Shown here in pieces: positions 1-8,155 of a stretch of 64,000 bases of DNA. The notes below the pieces were generated by a model, which was not told where the DNA came from, did not search any database, and saw only the letters and a program-made list of their open reading frames with translations. Source of the DNA: Minisyncoccota bacterium (GTDB lineage Bacteria > Patescibacteriota > Minisyncoccia > Phycocordibacterales > UBA1006); NCBI GenBank assembly GCA_021209525.1, contig JAJOIF010000004.1, forward strand, positions 35,730 to 99,729, given 5' to 3'. Every line of letters starts with the position of its first letter. Within the stretch, counting starts at the first letter, position 1. The position numbers were made by a program, and so were the translations under genes.

Positions 1-1
1 G

Positions 2-142
2 GCTCTCGTCTTTCTTGAAAGAAAAACACGAGATATGTACGACTTTTTGAAGTCACGCATCAAAGGAAAAGTAGTGCCTCGTATCACCTTTATCAAAGAT
101 GAGGGAGAGAAAAACAGACAACGTATTGACCTCTTGGTATAA
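2..142 (+). CDS. rbfA: Ribosome-binding factor A, C-terminal part (5' end outside window)
   Basis: Manual translation ALVFLERKTRDMYDFLKSRIKGKVVPRITFIKDEGEKNRQRIDLLV* resembles the RbfA C-terminus (VP.l.F..D......RId.ll). Confidence 0.75.
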   Translation, partial: ALVFLERKTRDMYDFLKSRIKGKVVPRITFIKDEGEKNRQRIDLLV

Positions 143-195
143 AAAACGTAATATAGTACTGTATTTTCAAGATACATCGATCTGTTCAAGATCGT

Positions 196-267
196 GGCGT
201 GGTGGCGAAGTGGTAACGCTGCGGTCTGCAAAACCGCCATGCGCGGGTTCGATTCCCGCCCACGCCT
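196..267 (+). tRNA. tRNA-Cys(GCA)
   Basis: Acceptor stem GGCGTGG/CCACGCC, anticodon loop ct-GCA-aa, GGTTCGATTCC T-loop. Confidence 0.97.
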
Positions 268-304
268 CAGAGTGATTCATTCACTCTATCAGACACACCC
301 ACTT

Positions 305-386
305 GCCGGAGTGGTGAAATTGGTAGACACGCTTGCCTTAGGAGCAAGTGCCTTCGGGCATGCTGGTTCGAGTCCAGTCTCCGGCA
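305..386 (+). tRNA. tRNA-Leu(TAG)
   Basis: GCCGGAG/CTCCGGC acceptor, cttgc-ct-TAG-ga-gcaag, long variable arm. Confidence 0.97.
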
Positions 387-414
387 CCCATAGAGAAGAT
401 TATCTTCCCTATTT

Positions 415-486
<72 letters not shown>

Positions 487-575
487 CATGTCATGACGAG
501 AGGAATGACGAGTACATCTGGTTGTATGCTCTTTAGAGTATACATTGAGGGCGAGCTCTTTTTCATTGTAGATAT

Positions 576-659
576 GCCGAGATGGTGGAATAGGTAGACA
601 CGAGGGACTTAAAATCCCTTGCTAGCAATGGCGTGCGGGTTCGATTCCCGCTCTCGGCA
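576..659 (+). tRNA. tRNA-Leu(TAA)
   Basis: GCCGAGA/TCTCGGC acceptor, aggga-ct-TAA-aa-tccct, variable arm. Confidence 0.97.
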
Positions 660-1010
660 CAGAAAATATTAGTTCTGCAAGCGATAGCTTGTGGAACTTT
701 TATTTTCGTGTTGAGACGGGAATCAAAAAAAGTGAGCAATGCCGCACGGAGCAGAGCGAGTACGGCGCGAACGGCGTGGTCAGGCGAATGAGCTCGCAGC
801 GAGCACTTATGTGCGAAGCGAGAGCCATGAGGGTGACCGATTCCCGCTCTCGGCACAGCTTAAAGTGCCCTGGCCCGCTCAGCGGGTCCTCGGCACAGAA
901 AATACACGCCACGTGGTGTCACAGATGATATGATCCCTATGTGCGTGTTTTACGTTACATAAATATATTTGACGTGGTTACTTCTACAAGCGATAGCTTG
1001 CAGAACTTTT
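642..1010. repeat. tRNA-Leu 3'-end repeats plus repeated hairpin
   Basis: 21-bp direct repeat 642-662 = 838-858; 16-bp copy 889-904 = 653-668; imperfect inverted copy 708-724; AAGCGATAGCTT-centred hairpin at 679-690 and 988-999. Confidence 0.9.
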
Positions 1011-1105
1011 ACATTTGCCGCGTTTACCCCATCAGCCCCGTCAGACGGGTTAGGCGAGGCCAATGCGGCATGCTTGCGTATTCCGGGAATGGGTGGTTAT
1101 AAAAT

Positions 1106-1134
1106 TTGACTTTTATACCTAATTATGCTATAAT
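1106..1134 (+). promoter_or_regulatory. Sigma70 promoter
   Basis: TTGACT-17 bp-TATAAT with extended TG. Confidence 0.75.
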
Positions 1135-1161
1135 ATACTTAAATACGGACTTTGAAAATGC

Positions 1162-1235
1162 GTGTTAGTGAATATATTCCCCGTGATATTTCGTTGGTAG
1201 TATATTCACTAACACTAAAAAAATAAAAAATGAAA
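1162..1235 (+). repeat. Structured 5' leader, copy 1
   Basis: 1166-1235 is identical to 1716-1785; contains a 15-bp inverted repeat GTGTTAGTGAATATA/TATATTCACTAACAC. Confidence 0.95.
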
Positions 1236-1622
1236 ATATTTACAATCATCGCTGTGATATTTCTAGGAATCTTCACGGTAAACCTCTTGATCAAACCATT
1301 TGGTCAAGGAAGTATAGAAAAAATTTCTCATATTCAAGATGAATATGAGGGCAGAGGTCTTTCTCCTGGTGATTTTTGTTTTTCGCTGTACAAAAGCGAA
1401 GAGCAGGCCAAGAAAAAAGGCTATAATGTGACCCTGCCTACGGGCAAGACACAAGTATGGCGTGTACCCAACATAGATATAGTGATTGCCGACAAGTACG
1501 GCATCATTATCGGTGAAATAGGGCCCGGCAAGCCCTACTTGCCCATCAATGGAAATAAATTCTATGTATGGGCAAAAGAAAAAAAATATACAGGTGAAAC
1601 ATTCTGTATAGAAATTAAGTAG
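1230..1622 (+). CDS. Hypothetical protein with N-terminal membrane anchor/signal
   Basis: 130-aa ORF with hydrophobic N-terminus and its own promoter. Confidence 0.75.
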   Translation: MKIFTIIAVIFLGIFTVNLLIKPFGQGSIEKISHIQDEYEGRGLSPGDFCFSLYKSEEQAKKKGYNVTLPTGKTQVWRVPNIDIVIADKYGIIIGEIGPGKPYLPINGNKFYVWAKEKKYTGETFCIEIK

Positions 1623-1654
1623 CTCTGTGTAAAAATTAAAGCAAGTCAAAAGAC

Positions 1655-1683
1655 TTGCTTTTTTATTTTATATATGTTATAAT
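1655..1683 (+). promoter_or_regulatory. Sigma70 promoter
   Basis: TTGCTT-17 bp-TATAAT with extended TG. Confidence 0.7.
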
Positions 1684-1711
1684 ACATATAAATAAGAGCC
1701 TTAACAAAGAT

Positions 1712-1785
1712 GTGCTAGTGAATATATTCCCCGTGATATTTCGTTGGTAGTATATTCACTAACACTAAAAAAATAAAAAATGAAA
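1712..1785 (+). repeat. Structured 5' leader, copy 2
   Basis: 70-bp identity to copy 1, offset exactly 550 bp. Confidence 0.95.
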
Positions 1786-2829
1786 GAAACAACAAGAGAA
1801 TTTGCTGGTGGAGACATTGCCAGTAATTACCTCATCTCATCAGTACTTGCTGCAGGTGTAGGATTCATATGTGCACTCATTGGCTATGTTGTAATAACAA
1901 TAGCTGGTGAACTTACGGATTCTTTGGGAGGTATTATTCCCAAAGAGGTAAAAACTGGGATCAGCATAGGCCTTGCGCTTATGGGAATCATGGTATTCAA
2001 GGGCAAGATGAAAAACTGGGCTCACCAGGTAAAGGTGGGAGAGGTTCACATTGTAACCTTTTTTGGTCAACCAACCGAAACCATCCTTGAACCGGGAGAC
2101 AGATTTCTTCCTTTCAAGAAAAAGGTGTTTGATATTATTATTAGGAGTATTTTAATTGAGAGTATTGCATCAAAAGACAAAGTAGATGCAATATCAAAAG
2201 ATACTATTCCTTTATCAATTGATAATGTAGAAATACGCTATCAATTAGACAAGGATAATATCTTGAAAACTCTTGATGTCAACCTTGACACACTCAAGAA
2301 AGACCTGGAGTCAAATGTACTTACCTTTGTACGCCAGGTGATTAGTAAACTTGAGTGGGATAAAGTTACCGGGATAAAGGATTTGACGAATGGACTCCGT
2401 TTTGACAAAAATAAATCGGAGACAGAAATCAAAGCCGAGCTGGAGAAAAAATTTGAAGACATTGGCGTTCATGCCGATGATATTAAAATTTGCATTGAAT
2501 ACGCAATGTCAATCTTAGAACAAAGCAAGCAATACGGATTTGTAGTACTTGCTATTCAAATCGGAGATGTTATTTTATCTGAAGCGTTTAAAAAAGCAGC
2601 CGAGAAAAAGAAAATCGAAGAATTTGAAAGGGATGCCGAGCGTACTGAGGCTAATCACACCCTTGAATTAGTTGATGCGATGGTTAATCGCATGATAGCA
2701 CAAGACCCTACCATCAACAAAAAAGAAGCCTACGAGATCGCGGTGGCAAATGCCAACATGATCAAAGGCAAAGACGTTAAAATCATCCACACTTCTGGAA
2801 AAGGAGGCGGATTGATTAATAATGTGTAA
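1780..2829 (+). CDS. SPFH/band-7 domain membrane protein
   Basis: Two N-terminal TM segments, IVTFFGQP..ILEPG, SKD.IPLSID, YGFVVLAIQIGDV, C-terminal coiled coil. Confidence 0.8.
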   Translation: MKETTREFAGGDIASNYLISSVLAAGVGFICALIGYVVITIAGELTDSLGGIIPKEVKTGISIGLALMGIMVFKGKMKNWAHQVKVGEVHIVTFFGQPTETILEPGDRFLPFKKKVFDIIIRSILIESIASKDKVDAISKDTIPLSIDNVEIRYQLDKDNILKTLDVNLDTLKKDLESNVLTFVRQVISKLEWDKVTGIKDLTNGLRFDKNKSETEIKAELEKKFEDIGVHADDIKICIEYAMSILEQSKQYGFVVLAIQIGDVILSEAFKKAAEKKKIEEFERDAERTEANHTLELVDAMVNRMIAQDPTINKKEAYEIAVANANMIKGKDVKIIHTSGKGGGLINNV

Positions 2830-2846
2830 TCCTAATTTTTACAAAC

Positions 2847-2916
2847 AAAATCCTACGCAGTATTGCGTAGGATTTTTTCTATACAAAAAAACCGCCCATG
2901 TAGATGAGCGGTTTTT
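2847..2916. terminator. Two back-to-back intrinsic terminators between convergent genes
   Basis: AAAATCCTACGCA..TGCGTAGGATTTT and AAAAACCGC..GCGGTTTTT hairpins. Confidence 0.8.
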
Positions 2917-2924
2917 ATTGTGTA

Positions 2925-3218
2925 TTAGATTCTAATATCAGCACCAAGCGTATTAATGAGAATACGCATAATACCAAATACTGAAACCATAATAAACATA
3001 CCAATGATTCCCCAGAGCATATGCTGCCTTCCCTCTTGAGCTTTTTCAGTATTTCCCTGTTTATAAACAAAAAATTGAAGCATACCAATTAAAAAGAGGA
3101 CGAGTGCCAGCGCAAAAAAGAATACAATGAGCGGATTAATGATGACTTCGTATACACGAGCCATAAAATTTCCTACATTATCTTCAAGTGTTTGTGCAAA
3201 TGCGGTAAGTGGAAACAT
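2925..3218 (-). CDS. CPR pilin-like protein (TrbC/VirB2-like)
   Basis: AFAQ signal end, two TM helices, EGRQHMLWGIIGMFIMVSVFGI motif. Confidence 0.8.
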   Translation of the reverse strand: MFPLTAFAQTLEDNVGNFMARVYEVIINPLIVFFFALALVLFLIGMLQFFVYKQGNTEKAQEGRQHMLWGIIGMFIMVSVFGIMRILINTLGADIRI

Positions 3219-3226
3219 AAAAAATA

Positions 3227-3589
3227 CTAGAGTACAACACCAGGGATTTGTGACGGCGCGAGAGTTCCTCCTTGCTGAATACCAAAGGTATTGTTAACAA
3301 TACGAATCACTCCAAAAATAGATACCATCAAGAAAAGCGCGATAATTCCTTGAAGCATTACATCCCGCCCTGCTGCTTTTTTGGTATCATCTTTTGCAAT
3401 GATATAATTAACCATTCCCCAAATAAAGTACACAAGTCCAAGTGTAATCAAAATAGGGATAATTCTACCTAAGAGCGTACCAATAGTTTGTAAAATATTT
3501 CCTGCATTTGGTCCTGTAGATACGGTAATTTGAGCAAATGTTGCAAATGGTGTCAAAAGTGTTGCAAGGGCTCCTAAAAATTTTTTCAT
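3227..3589 (-). CDS. CPR pilin-like protein (TrbC/VirB2-like)
   Basis: Signal peptide, FIWGMVNYI..GRDVMLQGIIALFLMVSIFG motif. Confidence 0.82.
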   Translation of the reverse strand: MKKFLGALATLLTPFATFAQITVSTGPNAGNILQTIGTLLGRIIPILITLGLVYFIWGMVNYIIAKDDTKKAAGRDVMLQGIIALFLMVSIFGVIRIVNNTFGIQQGGTLAPSQIPGVVL

Positions 3590-3699
3590 AGTTATGAATG
3601 ATGTTAATTATAAATAAACGACATGTAATCTAATAATGTGTACCTTTTATTATACTACAGAGTATTGGGAAAGGTAAAGAGGAAGGGGTAAAAAATATA

Positions 3700-4116
3700 T
3701 TATCGAAACTGTGGAATAGCAAAAACACTGAGGCCGAAAGTATTGGTGAGCATTGCAACAATTCCCCAAATAGAAATCATAACAAATAACCCAATGATGC
3801 TCCACAACATGAACTGACGCCCTTCTTCACGCTTTGTTTGATCTCCGGCATTTGCAATAAACTTAACCATACCAAACATAAACATAACGAGCGCCAGAGA
3901 AATAATGAGGGGTACAATAGTTCGACTAAGGAGGCACGTGCCGTACACAAAAATATCTCCCAAAGTATTAAATTGTGCGGCACATGTATTGCTTTGCCCT
4001 TGTTGTGCATACGTGACAAGCGGCATACCGAGCAGTGTAATTGCGCCAAAACCTGTGGTATAAAGTGATTGTTGTAGTCTGGTGAAGTATTTCATAGAAG
4101 TAATAGCTTGGGACAT
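3700..4116 (-). CDS. CPR pilin-like protein (TrbC/VirB2-like)
   Basis: EGRQFMLWSIIGLFVMISIWGIV motif; start uncertain. Confidence 0.82.
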   Translation of the reverse strand: MSQAITSMKYFTRLQQSLYTTGFGAITLLGMPLVTYAQQGQSNTCAAQFNTLGDIFVYGTCLLSRTIVPLIISLALVMFMFGMVKFIANAGDQTKREEGRQFMLWSIIGLFVMISIWGIVAMLTNTFGLSVFAIPQFR

Positions 4117-4117
4117 A

Positions 4118-4615
4118 TTAAGCTCGTAATTGATTAATCGTACCGGCAATAGCATTTGCAATAATCACAGCTCCGAGCACGAGCGCTCCGCCGATAATAA
4201 CATAGAGGAATGTTTGCTTGGCCTCTTTGAGTTTATTAGGATCTCCTTGAGCCGCAATAAAGAGAAAGCCTGAATAAATAATAGCGAGTGCCACTAATGG
4301 TACAGCAATAAGTAGAGCGATATTTAAAATAGTGCTCACAAGACTTGGAATACTATCTACCGACCCTTCGAGAGGGTTTTTAAGATATGCAAAATCAGCA
4401 CCACGAGTACTTGATGTATCGCCAGGCCCCATAGTATCAGGATCATTTGTAGTTCCTCCGCCCGCGGCTGGAGTTGAGGTGGTCCCTCCTCCACCTATTG
4501 TATCTGAAACGGAAATCTGTCCATGCACAATATATTGCGGAGTCACTCCAATCAAGAAGAATACTCCGAAAAGCACGAATAAATATTTAATTGCGGTAAT
4601 GGTTATGTATTTCAT
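4118..4615 (-). CDS. CPR pilin-like protein (TrbC/VirB2-like)
   Basis: LKNPL..IIYSGFLFIAAQGDPNKLKEAK motif; start uncertain. Confidence 0.85.
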   Translation of the reverse strand: MKYITITAIKYLFVLFGVFFLIGVTPQYIVHGQISVSDTIGGGGTTSTPAAGGGTTNDPDTMGPGDTSSTRGADFAYLKNPLEGSVDSIPSLVSTILNIALLIAVPLVALAIIYSGFLFIAAQGDPNKLKEAKQTFLYVIIGGALVLGAVIIANAIAGTINQLRA

Positions 4616-4664
4616 GATATATCTCTTATGAATAAAATCTTTCTTATTGTACGTCACTTATGAC

Positions 4665-6758
4665 CTAGAAATCAAGGAAGCGGTATGCTTGATCGACACC
4701 AAGCGTTGAAAGGATCAGACTAACAATGAGCCATGCTGCCATAACAAATATAATTCCAAGCACTACTTTTCCAAAAATACTGCTTGCGAGTTTTCTCTTG
4801 TCTGGACTGGCACCACCGGTAATATACAAGAATCCGGCATACATAAATGCAATAGCTGCAATTGGGAAAATGAGCGCAAATGCAAAATTGATAAGGTTTT
4901 GAATGAGAATGATAATATGTTTAAATTCACAATCTTCGAGACCTGAGTGTCCACATGGTACCAATCCTACTTCTGAAACTGCATATTGCGTATTAGTTGA
5001 AAAACCCGCAAAAGCTTGATTGCCGGCACGCGGCTCACCAATATTACCTTGCCCTGAACCTGAAATAGAACCAGAAATTGGACCAGTTACATTTCCTTCA
5101 AATGCACCGCTGTCAATACTGCCGGAGGTCGGACCAGTTACATTTCCTTCAAATGCACCGCTGTCAATACTGCCGGAGGTCGGACCAGTTACATTTCCAG
5201 AAAAGGCACTGCTGTCAATATCCCCTGACGATATTGACTCTGGATCTAAAATCATCCCTAAAGATGTTCCTGCAATAGGTACTCCATCTTCGTACACTAA
5301 TGCAAAATACTCTCTGTTCATAGTGATAGGAATTCTTTGTGTGCCGTCAATTGATTCATAATTACTAAAGAAATTAAAAGCAAAAGATCTATTACCTGTA
5401 CCATAGACACGCTCAGTATCGGTAATAATTTGACTTGTCCATGATGAACCGATACTAAAATCAATACGCCCCACTCCTGTACGAGGCGTGCGCATATCCA
5501 CCGCATAACTGATTACATTTTGAAAATCAGGCGTGCGGCTTATAAAGCCAGCAAATTGCTGACTTTCAAATTTTACATCAATAGCATTTGCGGGTTCTGC
5601 AAATGCGGGTGTTTGTTGAAATGAAGCCAATTGGCCATTTACATAGAGTCCAAGGTAATATTTTTGACCTGGCACCACAAAATTATCACTATGCTGTGTC
5701 GGATCATATGTTCTATAGTAATAAAAAGATGGTGATGAGAGTACTTCACGAATCAATATTTTTGAATTATGCTGCGCAAAGTTTGGTGTCTCGCTCAATA
5801 CTACAGCAATATCAATTTCTGATTGATTCCCAGGGAAATCACCTAAATCACCCTGCAAAAGAATATCAAAAATATAATCATCATATTCATCAAGTTCTAC
5901 ATCAATGAGCCATCGGATAAATGGTCGATAACTTACCCGAAAATAGGACCCTGATTCTGTTTCAGGAAATGAAGATGATTCTGTTTCTGTAATCTGCGTA
6001 AAACCAGAAGATGTTGTAGAGAGCGTTCCTTGTCCTGTTGAAAAAGGAAGTGGCCCAGGCACTGCAGAGGCAAATGCCTGCTGGCTAATAAATGACCAAG
6101 ATGAAGAAAGCGCTTCGCCCGGACTTTGTCGAAATGCATACGACCCTAATGTGTATGAATTAAAAAGTGTTCGAGGTACATTATTGCCACGTATGTATAC
6201 ACGAACTACGAGAGGTGTATTTTGAGGTAATATAGCTGCAGGATTAAGGCTATTGTCAGCACGCACACCACGTTCATCAATTACAATAGCATCAAGTGGT
6301 TGAATGGAGGATCGGAATTGAATAACATTATCACCATTCACATCAAATGCCGCGGCAATGGGAACTTCATGAATACGGTGCCATAATTCCCCTTGCATAT
6401 CTTCGAGATGGAATTCTAATACATAATTTTGAGCAAGAGCAGCATCGGCATAATAAATAGCCGGAGATACAGCAATATAATTTTCAAAAACCTCGGCAGT
6501 GAATACAGTACCATTTGCTTGCTGTTGCGTATGCAAGAAATTTGTATCCGGAGTAATAAAACGATGTCCCGTTTGTAATTTTTGAGGAACTTGAAAACCT
6601 TGCGTATTTGCACCTGTCCAATCAATGGTGATAAGGTCAGTTGGCAATGTTGATTGCGCATGCACATAGCCGCCGATCACACCAAAAATCGCAACGCATG
6701 CAACTGCTAGCAAGAATCCTTTTTTGAAAAATGTAGTAATGAAAGAATGAGATGACAT
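4665..6758 (-). CDS. Large secreted protein with C-terminal pilin-like domain
   Basis: Signal peptide, GLVPCG..C motif, YAGFLYITGG..A..IF pilin-type C-terminus, internal 17-aa repeats. Confidence 0.8.
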   Translation of the reverse strand: MSSHSFITTFFKKGFLLAVACVAIFGVIGGYVHAQSTLPTDLITIDWTGANTQGFQVPQKLQTGHRFITPDTNFLHTQQQANGTVFTAEVFENYIAVSPAIYYADAALAQNYVLEFHLEDMQGELWHRIHEVPIAAAFDVNGDNVIQFRSSIQPLDAIVIDERGVRADNSLNPAAILPQNTPLVVRVYIRGNNVPRTLFNSYTLGSYAFRQSPGEALSSSWSFISQQAFASAVPGPLPFSTGQGTLSTTSSGFTQITETESSSFPETESGSYFRVSYRPFIRWLIDVELDEYDDYIFDILLQGDLGDFPGNQSEIDIAVVLSETPNFAQHNSKILIREVLSSPSFYYYRTYDPTQHSDNFVVPGQKYYLGLYVNGQLASFQQTPAFAEPANAIDVKFESQQFAGFISRTPDFQNVISYAVDMRTPRTGVGRIDFSIGSSWTSQIITDTERVYGTGNRSFAFNFFSNYESIDGTQRIPITMNREYFALVYEDGVPIAGTSLGMILDPESISSGDIDSSAFSGNVTGPTSGSIDSGAFEGNVTGPTSGSIDSGAFEGNVTGPISGSISGSGQGNIGEPRAGNQAFAGFSTNTQYAVSEVGLVPCGHSGLEDCEFKHIIILIQNLINFAFALIFPIAAIAFMYAGFLYITGGASPDKRKLASSIFGKVVLGIIFVMAAWLIVSLILSTLGVDQAYRFLDF
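5080..5219. repeat. 51-bp in-frame tandem repeat (2 exact copies + 1 degenerate)
   Basis: Units start at 5080, 5131 and 5182; encodes SIDSGAFEGNVTGPTSG. Confidence 0.95.
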
Positions 6759-6762
6759 AATA

Positions 6763-8052
6763 TTATGGTAATAATTGAACTAATCCTGCATGCATACGAC
6801 GTATTGCATCGTCTACGCGAACTCTACCTGATGCCGTGTCTTGAATGACAGCGCGCCAGAGTTCACGCGTCGCTTGAGGGTCTGGATCGGGCCACGACCT
6901 TGCACTGATAGCACTATTATAAAACATAAGCCATAGAGGATCTGTGGGTGTCTCTCGTAATAATGATCGCTGCACTGGTGGCACAAAGAATTGATCCCGA
7001 AGGTACGCCCCTGCAAATGGTTGAGCAAATTGCTGTGCGACCAAATATGCGCCTGGGATATTTTGAGACATACGACTTATCCCCACAAAAGTGAGACGAC
7101 CTGATGTTGCGCGTAATTGTGTGTCCCGCATTTGAGGCATCATACGCACATCAAAATTCAAATTCGGATTACGTTCTCGTAATAATCGCGCTTCACTTGC
7201 ATATCCAAAATACAGAGCAAGCGTTCCTTCAATGAATGCGTCTTGATCATTTTTTTGAGCGGTGCTCCATGAGTACGCTGGCTGCGCAGGATTTGAAAAA
7301 GTTGTGTAGAAACGAACCGCAGATGCTGCAACACCTCCTTCTTGAAAAACAACCACGGGTTCACGAGCTTCGTTACGCCCCACGAGAGGATTACCCGCTT
7401 GGAGCATAATGAGTTCAAGCACATCGGTCCCATGCGTAATATTTGCAAATGTACCCATTGCCACGAGAGACTGACGCAGTGCTCCTGCGTCGTTTTTTTG
7501 TACAATACGAGGCGCCAAAGCAAAAAACTCATCCCAAAAAACAGGAGGATCTACGACAAAAGAAGATGCGAGAATATCTCGGTTTACATACATAACCATT
7601 GGGTCAACCATAATAGGAAAACCAAGAACCCCTTCGGTGTCAACAAGCATTTCCGCCTGATCAATAAAGGTTTCGCGCACTGTTTCTGGTGGATAGCTTT
7701 CAAAAGGAATAGCAAATAATTTATTACGATGCGCAAGGAGTGTTTCATCGGTCACAAAAAAGAGATCAGGGCCTCTTCCTTCTGCAAGGGCACGTAATAA
7801 TTCACGGTCAAATGTTTGTGCATCTTTTTGAATATAGGAAACTGAAAGATTGGGGTACAAATCATCAATAGTTGTAATGAGCGGTGCCATGCCTTCTTGA
7901 GGTAAGGTACCCCACACAACGATAGCACCTGAAGGGCCGGCATTCCTCCCTCCTCCGCCTTGGCTCCCTGATGTTGCAAAAAGTGCAAAACCGATCAAGG
8001 CTCCTATTCCAAAAATAATGAGAAAGATTGTTTGAAAGTCTAATTTTTGCAT
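6763..8052 (-). CDS. Extracellular solute-binding protein
   Basis: N-terminal TM, ALAEGRGPDLF, PIMVDPMVMYVNRD, AFIEGTLALYFG. Confidence 0.88.
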   Translation of the reverse strand: MQKLDFQTIFLIIFGIGALIGFALFATSGSQGGGGRNAGPSGAIVVWGTLPQEGMAPLITTIDDLYPNLSVSYIQKDAQTFDRELLRALAEGRGPDLFFVTDETLLAHRNKLFAIPFESYPPETVRETFIDQAEMLVDTEGVLGFPIMVDPMVMYVNRDILASSFVVDPPVFWDEFFALAPRIVQKNDAGALRQSLVAMGTFANITHGTDVLELIMLQAGNPLVGRNEAREPVVVFQEGGVAASAVRFYTTFSNPAQPAYSWSTAQKNDQDAFIEGTLALYFGYASEARLLRERNPNLNFDVRMMPQMRDTQLRATSGRLTFVGISRMSQNIPGAYLVAQQFAQPFAGAYLRDQFFVPPVQRSLLRETPTDPLWLMFYNSAISARSWPDPDPQATRELWRAVIQDTASGRVRVDDAIRRMHAGLVQLLP

Positions 8053-8155
8053 ACGATACGATATATTATAAGTTGTTCCTTATTGTACCACATCAATTCC
8101 TTTTTGTAGCATACACCTGTGTATACCTCTTTCTATCGCCGTATGTGCGCTGCGA

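Noticed and set aside
1162-1785. Integron attC sites or a CRISPR array for the duplicated palindrome
   Set aside because: GTT precedes AAC on both strands (opposite to attC), there is no integron integrase, the genes have their own promoters, and there are only two copies 550 bp apart with no cas genes.
5080-5219. CRISPR array
   Set aside because: Head-to-tail in-frame coding repeats with no spacers.
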